From assembly GCA_964474015.1 (NCBI GenBank), contig CAYYRG010000002.1, forward strand, positions 10,581 to 44,242: a stretch of 33,662 nt of DNA, read 5' to 3'. This DNA is from an uncultured Anaerolineaceae bacterium (GTDB lineage: Bacteria > Chloroflexota > Anaerolineae > Anaerolineales > DRMV01). A program made the position numbers and the translations under genes. Within the stretch, counting starts at the first letter, position 1. Every line of letters starts with the position of its first letter. The notes under the pieces were generated by a model. The model was not told where the DNA came from. It saw nothing but the letters and a program-made list of their open reading frames with translations, and searched no databases. Positions 15,236 through 23,178 of this stretch are shown one piece after another.

Positions 15236-15679
15236 TCATTGGGGCGGGGCCTCATTGAGCAGGCGAATGATAGCCAAAACCAGCAAAAAAAGCAAGATTG
15301 TGGCCGAAAGCAGGCAATAAGGGCAAAAGGCGTGAATCACTTCGGCTTCCAGGTAAGTGAGGTAAGCCGAATAGAGCACGCCGGCGAAAATCAGGCCAAA
15401 CTCGGCCAGGGTGCCATAGGCTTCGGCCAATGGATGGCGGCGTTCCAGCCACAGCAAAGCCAGAATCGCGAGGTAAGCCAGCGCCCCCAAGAGGGCAATG
15501 GGCACGCCGTGGATTTCGGCGTAGGGGCTGGTGTTGACGGTGTAGCAATCGCCCACACCGGCGCACATGGCTTCGTGGTGGGTGAATTTGAGGAGGGTGA
15601 GGTAAGTTGCGTCGGCCAGGCCGAGCAGCGCCAGCACCACCGAGGCCCAATAGGCTTTCGTGGCAGGTCGGGCTTGCAT
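15236..15679 (-). CDS. Vitamin K epoxide reductase (VKOR) family protein
   Basis: Four predicted TM segments, loop cysteines CAGVGDC and the active-site CPYC in the last TM. Confidence 0.8.
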   Translation of the reverse strand: MQARPATKAYWASVVLALLGLADATYLTLLKFTHHEAMCAGVGDCYTVNTSPYAEIHGVPIALLGALAYLAILALLWLERRHPLAEAYGTLAEFGLIFAGVLYSAYLTYLEAEVIHAFCPYCLLSATILLFLLVLAIIRLLNEAPPQ

Positions 15680-15709
15680 GGGAACACCTCCGTTGCAGGG
15701 AATAAAGGC

Positions 15710-17917
15710 TCACCCCGCCCGTTTGCGGGAAGCCTCCAGCACGTTGGGCAGGTTTTCCAGCCGGTTGAGCACCCGGCTAAGATGGGCAATGTCGCGCACG
15801 CTGAGTACCAGATCGACGATAGTCTCACCATCGTGCTCTTTGACTTCAACGCGCACGCTTTCGATGTTGACGCCTTCGTCGGCAATCACCATCGTAATAT
15901 CTTTCATCAGGCCGCCGCGGTCGTAGGCGCGAATGCGCACCGGCACGGCATACGATTGGGTCGGCGTGCCCCAGGAAACCTGCACCAACCGCCCTTTGTC
16001 GCGCACCCGCAAGATGTTGGGGCAATCCTGGCGGTGGATGACCGCGCCGCGGCCGCGGGTGATGTACCCCACGATGGGGTCGCCGGGGGCCGGATGGCAA
16101 CAGCGCGCCATGTGGATCAACATGCCCCGCAACCCCATGATGGTCACCTCGTCTTTGCCGGTTTCGCGGTGAATGGGGTGCGCAGCCAGGTAATGCTTTT
16201 GCGTCGCCTTTTCCACCTCGGCCAGGCGGTTGATGACCCGATTGAGAGAAAGGTCACCACACCCCACACCGACGTACAGGTCGTCGACGCTGCGGTAGCC
16301 AAAATAGGTCGCCAGCGATTGCAGGTCCACGTTTTCCAGGCCGAGGCGTTTGAATTCCTTTTCCAGCGCCGCCCGGCCATGCGCCAGATTTTGCTCACGC
16401 GCCTGCTTCTTGAACCACTGGCGGATTTTGGCACGGGCACGCTGGGTTTTCACCAGTTCGAGGTGCGGGTTGAGCCAGTCGCGGCTGGGGCCGCCTCGCC
16501 GTGCGGTGAGAATTTCCACCTGGTCGCCGGTTTTCAGTTTGTAACTCAGGGGCACCAGTTTGCCGTTGACTTTGGCGCCGCGGCAACGATGGCCGATTTC
16601 GGTATGGATGTGATAGGCAAAATCAATTGGTGTCGCCCCCGCAGGCAGGTCGAGGATGTCGCCGCGCGGCGTGAAAACATAGATGCGGTCGTCGAAAACA
16701 TCGGTCTTCATGCCGTCCATGAATTCCGACGCGTCGGAAACATCCTGCTGCCATTCCATCAACTGCCGCAGCCAGTTGATTTTGCGCTCGAAGGCTTCAT
16801 CGAGCCGCTCGTCGCCCTCTTTGTAGCGCCAGTGGGCTGCGATACCATATTCGGCGTTGTGGTGCATTTCCTGCGTGCGGATTTGCACCTCCAGAATCTT
16901 GCCATCTTCAAACAGCACCGCCGTGTGCAGCGACTGGTAGGAATTGTCCTTGGGGTTGGCAATGTAATCGTCAAACTCGCCGGGGATGGGCTTCCAGTGC
17001 GTGTGCACTACCCCCAGCACATGGTAACAGGTGGGGACGTCATCCACAATCACCCGCACGCCACGAATATCGCGCAGCGCCTCAAAAGGCAGCCCCTTGC
17101 GCTGCATTTTGCGGTAGATGGAATAAATGTGCTTGGGGCGTCCCGACACCTTTGCCCGAATGCCGGCTTCGGCCAACACCTCTTCAATGCGCGCCACCGC
17201 ACGCTGGAGCTCCTTTTCCCGCACGGTGCGGCGCTCGGCCAGCTTGCGGGCAATGTCTTTGTAGGCCTCAGGGTTGACATAGCGAAAGCCCAGGTCTTCC
17301 AGTTCCCACTTGATCTGCCAGATGCCCAGGCGGTTGGCAAGGGGGGCGAAAATATCCAAGGTCTGGCGGGCAATGCGGCGCTGCTTGGCAGGCGGCAGGG
17401 CCGAAAGCGTGCGCATGTTGTGCAGGCGGTCGGCGAGTTTGATGATCACCACCCGAATGTCTTTGCTCATCGCCAGGAAAGTCTTACGCAGCGATTCGTT
17501 GGTCAGTTCCCGCTTACGCTGGCGCTCGGTCGCGTGGCCGTCGGCGGGCTCTTCGGCATCGGGGCGCTGCCCGACAGCACCGTCGGCGCGCGAAACACGC
17601 GGCAACGAGACCAGTTTGGTCACCCCATCGACCAGCGAGGCCACCTCATCGCCAAAATCACGGCGGATGTCTTCCAGCGTGAGGTCGGTATCTTCCACCG
17701 TATCATGCAAAAGCCCCGCCGCCACAACGACGGGGGGCATACGCAATTCGGCGAGAATATCAGCCACGGCAAGACAATGCTGAATGTATGGCTCGCCCGA
17801 GGCGCGCTTTTGCCCCTCGTGGGCACGCTCGGCTACCCGATAGGCGCGCGCCACCAGTTCCCGGTCGGCAACAGTGTAATAAGCAGGCAAACGTTCCAGC
17901 AGCTGGTCAATCTTCAT
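15710..17917 (-). CDS. rel: Bifunctional (p)ppGpp synthetase/hydrolase (RelA/SpoT homolog)
   Basis: 735 aa with an HD hydrolase domain (LLHDTVEDT), a RelA_SpoT synthetase domain (YRKM...GYQSLHTAV-type block) and TGS and ACT-like C-terminal domains. Confidence 0.93.
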   Translation of the reverse strand: MKIDQLLERLPAYYTVADRELVARAYRVAERAHEGQKRASGEPYIQHCLAVADILAELRMPPVVVAAGLLHDTVEDTDLTLEDIRRDFGDEVASLVDGVTKLVSLPRVSRADGAVGQRPDAEEPADGHATERQRKRELTNESLRKTFLAMSKDIRVVIIKLADRLHNMRTLSALPPAKQRRIARQTLDIFAPLANRLGIWQIKWELEDLGFRYVNPEAYKDIARKLAERRTVREKELQRAVARIEEVLAEAGIRAKVSGRPKHIYSIYRKMQRKGLPFEALRDIRGVRVIVDDVPTCYHVLGVVHTHWKPIPGEFDDYIANPKDNSYQSLHTAVLFEDGKILEVQIRTQEMHHNAEYGIAAHWRYKEGDERLDEAFERKINWLRQLMEWQQDVSDASEFMDGMKTDVFDDRIYVFTPRGDILDLPAGATPIDFAYHIHTEIGHRCRGAKVNGKLVPLSYKLKTGDQVEILTARRGGPSRDWLNPHLELVKTQRARAKIRQWFKKQAREQNLAHGRAALEKEFKRLGLENVDLQSLATYFGYRSVDDLYVGVGCGDLSLNRVINRLAEVEKATQKHYLAAHPIHRETGKDEVTIMGLRGMLIHMARCCHPAPGDPIVGYITRGRGAVIHRQDCPNILRVRDKGRLVQVSWGTPTQSYAVPVRIRAYDRGGLMKDITMVIADEGVNIESVRVEVKEHDGETIVDLVLSVRDIAHLSRVLNRLENLPNVLEASRKRAG

Positions 17918-17989
17918 GGCATCGGTTTCAAAAGTGTGAGAAGCATGGCAGCATCAGGAAGGTATTATAGCGCATTTCCCTGCCCCCAA

Positions 17990-17998
17990 TGTTATAAT
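17990..17998 (+). promoter_or_regulatory. Extended -10 promoter (TGTTATAAT), probably giving a leaderless scpA mRNA
   Basis: TGTTATAAT, then 6 nt (ctcccc), then ATG 18005. There is no SD. Confidence 0.55.
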
Positions 17999-18004
17999 CT
18001 CCCC

Positions 18005-18784
18005 ATGCCCGATGTCCTCGGTTTTCAGGTGCAGCGCTATCACATTCAGACCCCGGTGTATCAGGGGCCGCTGGACCTGCTGTTGCAGTTAATTTCCCGC
18101 GCCGAACTCGACATCACCAAAATCGCCCTGGCTCAAATCACCGACCAATATCTGGCCTATCTGGAGCAGATGGAAGAACGCTCACCGGAAGAAGTTTCGG
18201 CCTTCCTGGTGATTGCCGCCAAACTGGTGCAGATCAAATCCGAAGCCTTGCTCCCGCGCCCGCCGGCACGCGAAGAAGCGGAAGAAGACCCCGGCGAAGC
18301 CTTAGTACAGCAGTTGAAAGCCTACCGGCGCTTCAAACAAGCCGCCCAGTGGCTGGCCGACCGCCACGCAGCGGGGTGGCACGCCTTCGTGCGACTCGCT
18401 GCCCCACCGCCCGCAGCCACGCCCCAAATCGACCTGCGCGGCTACACCGTGGCAGACCTGGCCGCCGCGGCGCGTGCCGCTTTCCAGCTGCGCCCGCGCG
18501 AACCGCTGGGGCGCGTCATTCGGGCGCCCAAAATCACCATCCGGCAGAAAATTCGCACCATCATCCAGACCCTCGCCCGTCGCGGCCAGGCCACTTTCTC
18601 GGCGCTGCTGGGCCGCCAGCCCACCCGACTGGAAGCCGTGGTCACCTTCCTGGCCCTGCTGGAACTGGTGAAACAACGGCTGGTGCAGACCCACCAGGCC
18701 ACCCTCTTCGGCGAAATTGAGATCCTGCCGACTGCCGAAAACCTCTCCACCGAAATCGACATCGCCTCGGAGTTCGGAGAATAG
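18005..18784 (+). CDS. scpA: Segregation and condensation protein A
   Basis: FQGPLDLLLQLISRAELDITKIALAQITDQYLAYL is the canonical ScpA N-terminus. This is the only real part of the 1181-aa artefactual ORF 15239-18784. Confidence 0.88.
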   Translation: MPDVLGFQVQRYHIQTPVYQGPLDLLLQLISRAELDITKIALAQITDQYLAYLEQMEERSPEEVSAFLVIAAKLVQIKSEALLPRPPAREEAEEDPGEALVQQLKAYRRFKQAAQWLADRHAAGWHAFVRLAAPPPAATPQIDLRGYTVADLAAAARAAFQLRPREPLGRVIRAPKITIRQKIRTIIQTLARRGQATFSALLGRQPTRLEAVVTFLALLELVKQRLVQTHQATLFGEIEILPTAENLSTEIDIASEFGE

Positions 18785-18787
18785 CCC

Positions 18788-20599
18788 ATGCCCCACCATC
18801 ATCACCAAAACCAGACCTTCGACACCGCCTATTACGCCGAGCGCGGCGCCGACGCCATCGCCTGGCAGCCCTGGAGCGAAGCCACCCTCCGCAAAGCCCG
18901 GCAACGCGGCAAACTCATCTTCCTCAACATCGGTTACACCGGCTGCTACTGGTGCGAGCGCATGGCCTCCGAAGTCTTTCGCCACCCTGTCGGCGTGGCC
19001 TACATCCACCGCTACTTCGTGCCCGTCACCCTCGACCGCGCCCAGCGCCCCGACATCGCCAACGCCTTCATGCAAGTCGTGGCTGCGATGACCGGCAAAA
19101 CCGGCTGGCCGCTCACCGTCATCCTCACCCCCGAAGGGAAACCCTTCCACGGCGGCACCTACTTCTCTTTCGAAAGCGAAGTGCCCGGCAGCCCCAGCCT
19201 GCACCAACTGCTGCGGGAAGCCCTCGAAGCCTGGGAAAAAGACCGCCCCCGGGTGGAAGACACCGCCAACGAAATGGCCCGCCAAATGCGTGAGGGGATG
19301 CTTCCCTTGCTGGAAGCCCCCCTGCCGCAACCGGGCGACGTCGACGCCGCAGCCCTGACCGCCGTCGAAGCCGATTACGAGCCCCAAAGCGGCGGTTTCG
19401 ACCAGGGGCCGAAATTCCCCCGCCCGCTGCTGCTGCTCTGGCTGTTGCACCTGGCCGAAAAAGGGCACGACCGCGCCCGCGAAATGGCGCTCACCACCCT
19501 CATCGGCATGGCACGCGGCGGCATTTACGATGTGCTGGGCGGCGGTTTCCACGAATACGCTCGTGATGCCGCCTGGCGGGAGCCCTGCTTCGAAAAAAGC
19601 CTGCCCACCAACGCCCTGCTGGGGCTGGCCTACGCGCGCGCCTACCGCCTCACCGGCCAGGCAGCCTTCCACCGCGTGGCCGCGAGCACGTTCGACTACA
19701 TCCTGCGGGAGCTCCGCCTGCCCAACGGCCTGCTGGTCAACGGCCAGGGCAGCGAAAGCCTGCACCACGGCGACCGCGGCGCTTATTACCTTTGGACAGC
19801 GGAAGAAGTCCGCGCGGCACTGCCGCCGAAAGAAGCCGAAGCGCTGGTTGCCGCCTACGATCTCGGCAACGCCCCGGCCACCCTGCAGCGCGCCCTGAGC
19901 GACGAGGCGCTGGCTTCCCGCCTGGGCATCGCCCCTGCCGAGGCCGCCGAGCGCCTTGCAGCCGCCAAAACCCACCTGCAAGAAGCCCGTCAGCACCGCA
20001 CGCCCCCCATCACCGACACCACCGTGACTACCGTGTGGCACGCCCTCGCCACCCGCGCCTTCGCCGAAGCCGCCCGCCTGCTGGATGCGCCGCGTTACGC
20101 CGAAGCCGCCGCGCAAGGCGGGGCAGCCTTGCTCACCCACCTGCGCACCGCCGACGGCCTGGCGCGCAACTGGTACGAAGACCGCGCTACCGGTGCCGGC
20201 CTGCTGGAAGACCACGCTGCCGTGGCCCTCGCCATGCTCGCCCTGCACCGCCTCGACGCCCCGCCCCCCACTCCAGAGACATCCTGGCTATACGAAGCGA
20301 CCCAATGCCTCGAAACCCTCACCCACCGCTTCGCCGCCGACTGGGGCTACTACGACACCGATGCCGCCCACTTCACCCCCTTTGGCCGCACGCAAGAAAT
20401 CGTCGACGGCGTCACCCCCAGCAGCAACGCCCTCGCCGTGACCCTGCTGCTGGAATTTGCTGCCGCCACCCACCAGCCTGCCTTCCAAAACCTGGCCGCG
20501 GCCATGCTCTCCCGCCTGACCCCCGCGATGGCAAAATACCCCACCGCCTTCCCGCAATGGCTCATCGCTCGCCTGAGCCTTGGCCCCCAAAAGTTGTGA
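18788..20599 (+). CDS. Thioredoxin-domain protein (DUF255/YyaL-like, with alpha/alpha-toroid C-terminal domain)
   Basis: N-terminal AWQPW...KLIFLNIGYTGCYWCERMASEVF matches the DUF255 thioredoxin-like signature. The long helical C-terminal region resembles N-acylglucosamine epimerase-like folds. Confidence 0.8.
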   Translation: MPHHHHQNQTFDTAYYAERGADAIAWQPWSEATLRKARQRGKLIFLNIGYTGCYWCERMASEVFRHPVGVAYIHRYFVPVTLDRAQRPDIANAFMQVVAAMTGKTGWPLTVILTPEGKPFHGGTYFSFESEVPGSPSLHQLLREALEAWEKDRPRVEDTANEMARQMREGMLPLLEAPLPQPGDVDAAALTAVEADYEPQSGGFDQGPKFPRPLLLLWLLHLAEKGHDRAREMALTTLIGMARGGIYDVLGGGFHEYARDAAWREPCFEKSLPTNALLGLAYARAYRLTGQAAFHRVAASTFDYILRELRLPNGLLVNGQGSESLHHGDRGAYYLWTAEEVRAALPPKEAEALVAAYDLGNAPATLQRALSDEALASRLGIAPAEAAERLAAAKTHLQEARQHRTPPITDTTVTTVWHALATRAFAEAARLLDAPRYAEAAAQGGAALLTHLRTADGLARNWYEDRATGAGLLEDHAAVALAMLALHRLDAPPPTPETSWLYEATQCLETLTHRFAADWGYYDTDAAHFTPFGRTQEIVDGVTPSSNALAVTLLLEFAAATHQPAFQNLAAAMLSRLTPAMAKYPTAFPQWLIARLSLGPQKL

Positions 20600-20605
20600 T
20601 TTGCC

Positions 20606-21247
20606 ATGCCTCCTCAACATCCTCCCCTCATCATCGGCGTCGCCGGCGGCACCGGCTCCGGCAAAACCACCGTGGCCCGCGTCATTCTGGAACGCGTCGG
20701 CGAAGAACACATCGCCTACCTGCCCCATGACGCCTATTACAAAGACAACAGCCACCTGCCGCTCGCCGAGCGCGCCAAAATCAACTACGACCACCCCGAT
20801 TCGCTGGAAACCACCCTGCTCATCGAACACCTCAAACGCCTGCGGGCGGGGTTCCCCATCGAGCGCCCCGTTTACGACTTCACCACCCACAGCCGCACCG
20901 CCGAAACCGTCACCGTGCAGCCCCACCCCATCATCATGGTCGAGGGCATCTTGATCTTCGCCGAGCCGGAATTGCGCAAACTCTTCGACGTCAAAATCTT
21001 CGTCGATACCGACGCCGACATCCGCTTCATCCGCCGCCTGGTGCGCGACATCGAAGAGCGCGGCCGCACGATGACCTCGGTGGTGGAGCAATATCTCAAA
21101 ACGGTGCGCCCCATGCACCTGGAATTCGTCGAACCGTCGAAACGCTACGCCGACGTCATCATTCCCGAAGGCGGGTTGAACAGCGTGGCGATGGACATGG
21201 TGGTGGCGCGCATCGAATCGCTGCTGCGTGAGCGAGGGCTGGGGTGA
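20606..21247 (+). CDS. udk: Uridine kinase
   Basis: IGVAGGTGSGKTT P-loop, NYDHPDSLE and FVDTDADIRFIRRLVRDIEERGR blocks. Confidence 0.92.
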   Translation: MPPQHPPLIIGVAGGTGSGKTTVARVILERVGEEHIAYLPHDAYYKDNSHLPLAERAKINYDHPDSLETTLLIEHLKRLRAGFPIERPVYDFTTHSRTAETVTVQPHPIIMVEGILIFAEPELRKLFDVKIFVDTDADIRFIRRLVRDIEERGRTMTSVVEQYLKTVRPMHLEFVEPSKRYADVIIPEGGLNSVAMDMVVARIESLLRERGLG

Positions 21248-21777
21248 AACGCTGGCGCGAAGCCTGGCGCCGCTGGGGGACGAGCGCCGCCGGGCTGGCG
21301 TTGGTCGCCGCGCTCAGCGTGGCGCTTTACACCCACCGGGCGACCATTGCGCGTTTCCAGGCTTACGGCTACCCCGGCCTGTTCCTCTTTGCCCTGCTCA
21401 CCAGCGCCAGCGTAGTGCTGCCCATGCCGGGGCTGGTGTTGCCCTATGTGCTTGGGGCAGTGCTCAACCCGTGGGGCGTCGCGCTGGCTGCAGGCACTGG
21501 CGCTGCCATCGGGGAACTGACCGGCTACCTCGCCGGATGGAGCGGCACGGCCATCATCGCCGACACCCGCCGCTATGCCCGGGTACGCGGATGGATGCAA
21601 CGCTATGGGGCCCTGACCGTCTTCCTGCTGGCTTATTTGCCTTTTCCCCTGATGGACTTTGCCGGCATCGCCGCCGGCGCAACCCGTATGCCGGTCACCC
21701 GCTTTCTGTTTTGGTGCTGGCTGGGCAAAGTGCTCAAAATGCTTACCGTCGCGTTTCTGGGCGCGAAAATGCTGTGA
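21244..21777 (+). CDS. DedA/YqaA-like (VTT domain) membrane protein
   Basis: Four or five TM segments with GxxxGELTGY and PFPLMDxAGIAAG motifs. The GTG start overlaps the udk stop (GTGA). Confidence 0.65.
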   Translation: MKRWREAWRRWGTSAAGLALVAALSVALYTHRATIARFQAYGYPGLFLFALLTSASVVLPMPGLVLPYVLGAVLNPWGVALAAGTGAAIGELTGYLAGWSGTAIIADTRRYARVRGWMQRYGALTVFLLAYLPFPLMDFAGIAAGATRMPVTRFLFWCWLGKVLKMLTVAFLGAKML

Positions 21778-21816
21778 CCGCCCGGCCCACCGCCATTCCC
21801 CCTTCGCGAGGCAACC

Positions 21817-23172
21817 ATGAACCCCATCGACCACTATCTGGAAACCCACCTCGACGAAAGCATTGCCGAACTCAGCCGCTTCTGCGCCCAGCCCAGCGTT
21901 GCGGCGCAAAACTGGGGCATCGCCGAAGCCGCCGAAATGACCGCCGAAATGCTCCGCCGCCGCGGCTTTCGGGTGGAAATCATGCCCACGGGCGGCTCGC
22001 CGGTCGTCTATGCCGAGCGGGAAGGCCGCAACCGCGATCGCACCCTCCTGTTCTACAACCACTACGACGTCCAGCCGCCCGAACCGCTGGAATTGTGGGA
22101 AACCCCGCCCTTCGAGCCCACCCTGCGCGACGGCAAACTCTATGCCCGCGGCGTGAGCGACGACAAGGGGCAACTGGTCAGCCGCCTGTTTGCCCTCGAC
22201 GCCCTGCTGGCCACCGAAGGCGAACTGCCCTGCAACGTCAAATTCGTCATCGAAGGCGAAGAAGAAGTCAGCAGTGTGCACCTCGAAGAAACCATCCGCA
22301 ACCACGCGGAAAAATTTGCTGCCGACGCCTGCATTTGGGAATTCGGCGGCGTCGGCCAGGACGACGAGCCCCACCAGGTCATGGGGATGCGGGGCATCTG
22401 CTACGTGGAACTCTCAGTGCAAACCGCCGCGGTGGATACCCACTCTGGCCTCACCGGTGGCATCTTCCCCAACGCGGCCTGGCGTTTGGTATGGGCGCTC
22501 AACACCCTCAAAGGCAGCGACGAGCGCATCCGCATCGCGGGCTTTTACGACGCGGTCGTGCCCCCCAGCCCGCGCGACCTGGAACTGCTGGCCGCATTGC
22601 CCGACCCTTCCGAAGCCTACAAACAAAGCGCGGGCGTCAAGGCTTTCATCAAAGGCGTGCAGGGCGGGGTTGCCCTGTGGAAGGCCGCCCTCTTCGACCC
22701 CACCTGCACCATCTGCGGCCTCACGGCGGGCTATCAGGGCCCGGGCAGCAAAACCGTGCTTCCGGCGCGCGCCACCGCGAAAGTCGATTTCCGCTTAGTG
22801 CCCAACCAGACCCCCGACGAAGTACTCCGCCTGCTGCGCGCCCACCTCGACGCTCACGGCTTCGACGACGTGGAAATCACCTGCCTGGGCGGCGAGCACC
22901 CGGTTAAAATGGACCCTGACGACCCCTTCATCAACCTGGTCGTAGAAGCCGCCCGCCCCGTGTATGGCGTGCCGCAGCAAAAAATCCCCCTCAGCGGCGG
23001 CTCCGGCCCCGGCTGGGTGTTCCACCACTACCTCGGCGTGCCCATTGCCACTGCGGGCATCGCCTATCCCGGCAGCAACATCCACGCCCCGAACGAAAAC
23101 ATCCGCCTCGACCTGTATCTCAAAGGCGCGCGCCACATCGCCCGCGTGGTGCAGGCCTTCGGGCTTTCGTAA
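21817..23172 (+). CDS. M20 family metallopeptidase/dipeptidase
   Basis: LLFYNHYDVQPPEP...W..PPF...GKLYARGVSDDKGQL and EGEEE metal-ligand blocks, and a C-terminal NIHAPNE. Confidence 0.85.
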   Translation: MNPIDHYLETHLDESIAELSRFCAQPSVAAQNWGIAEAAEMTAEMLRRRGFRVEIMPTGGSPVVYAEREGRNRDRTLLFYNHYDVQPPEPLELWETPPFEPTLRDGKLYARGVSDDKGQLVSRLFALDALLATEGELPCNVKFVIEGEEEVSSVHLEETIRNHAEKFAADACIWEFGGVGQDDEPHQVMGMRGICYVELSVQTAAVDTHSGLTGGIFPNAAWRLVWALNTLKGSDERIRIAGFYDAVVPPSPRDLELLAALPDPSEAYKQSAGVKAFIKGVQGGVALWKAALFDPTCTICGLTAGYQGPGSKTVLPARATAKVDFRLVPNQTPDEVLRLLRAHLDAHGFDDVEITCLGGEHPVKMDPDDPFINLVVEAARPVYGVPQQKIPLSGGSGPGWVFHHYLGVPIATAGIAYPGSNIHAPNENIRLDLYLKGARHIARVVQAFGLS

Positions 23173-23178
23173 CCTCTG

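Noticed and set aside
15239-18004. The 1181-aa plus-strand ORF (15239-18784), the longest in the track
   Set aside because: Its first 2.7 kb is the antisense shadow of VKOR and rel, which have unmistakable motifs on the minus strand. The translated text is low-complexity Gly/Ala/Arg/His-rich, as is typical of stop-poor frames in high-GC DNA. Only the last 259 codons (scpA, from 18005) are real.
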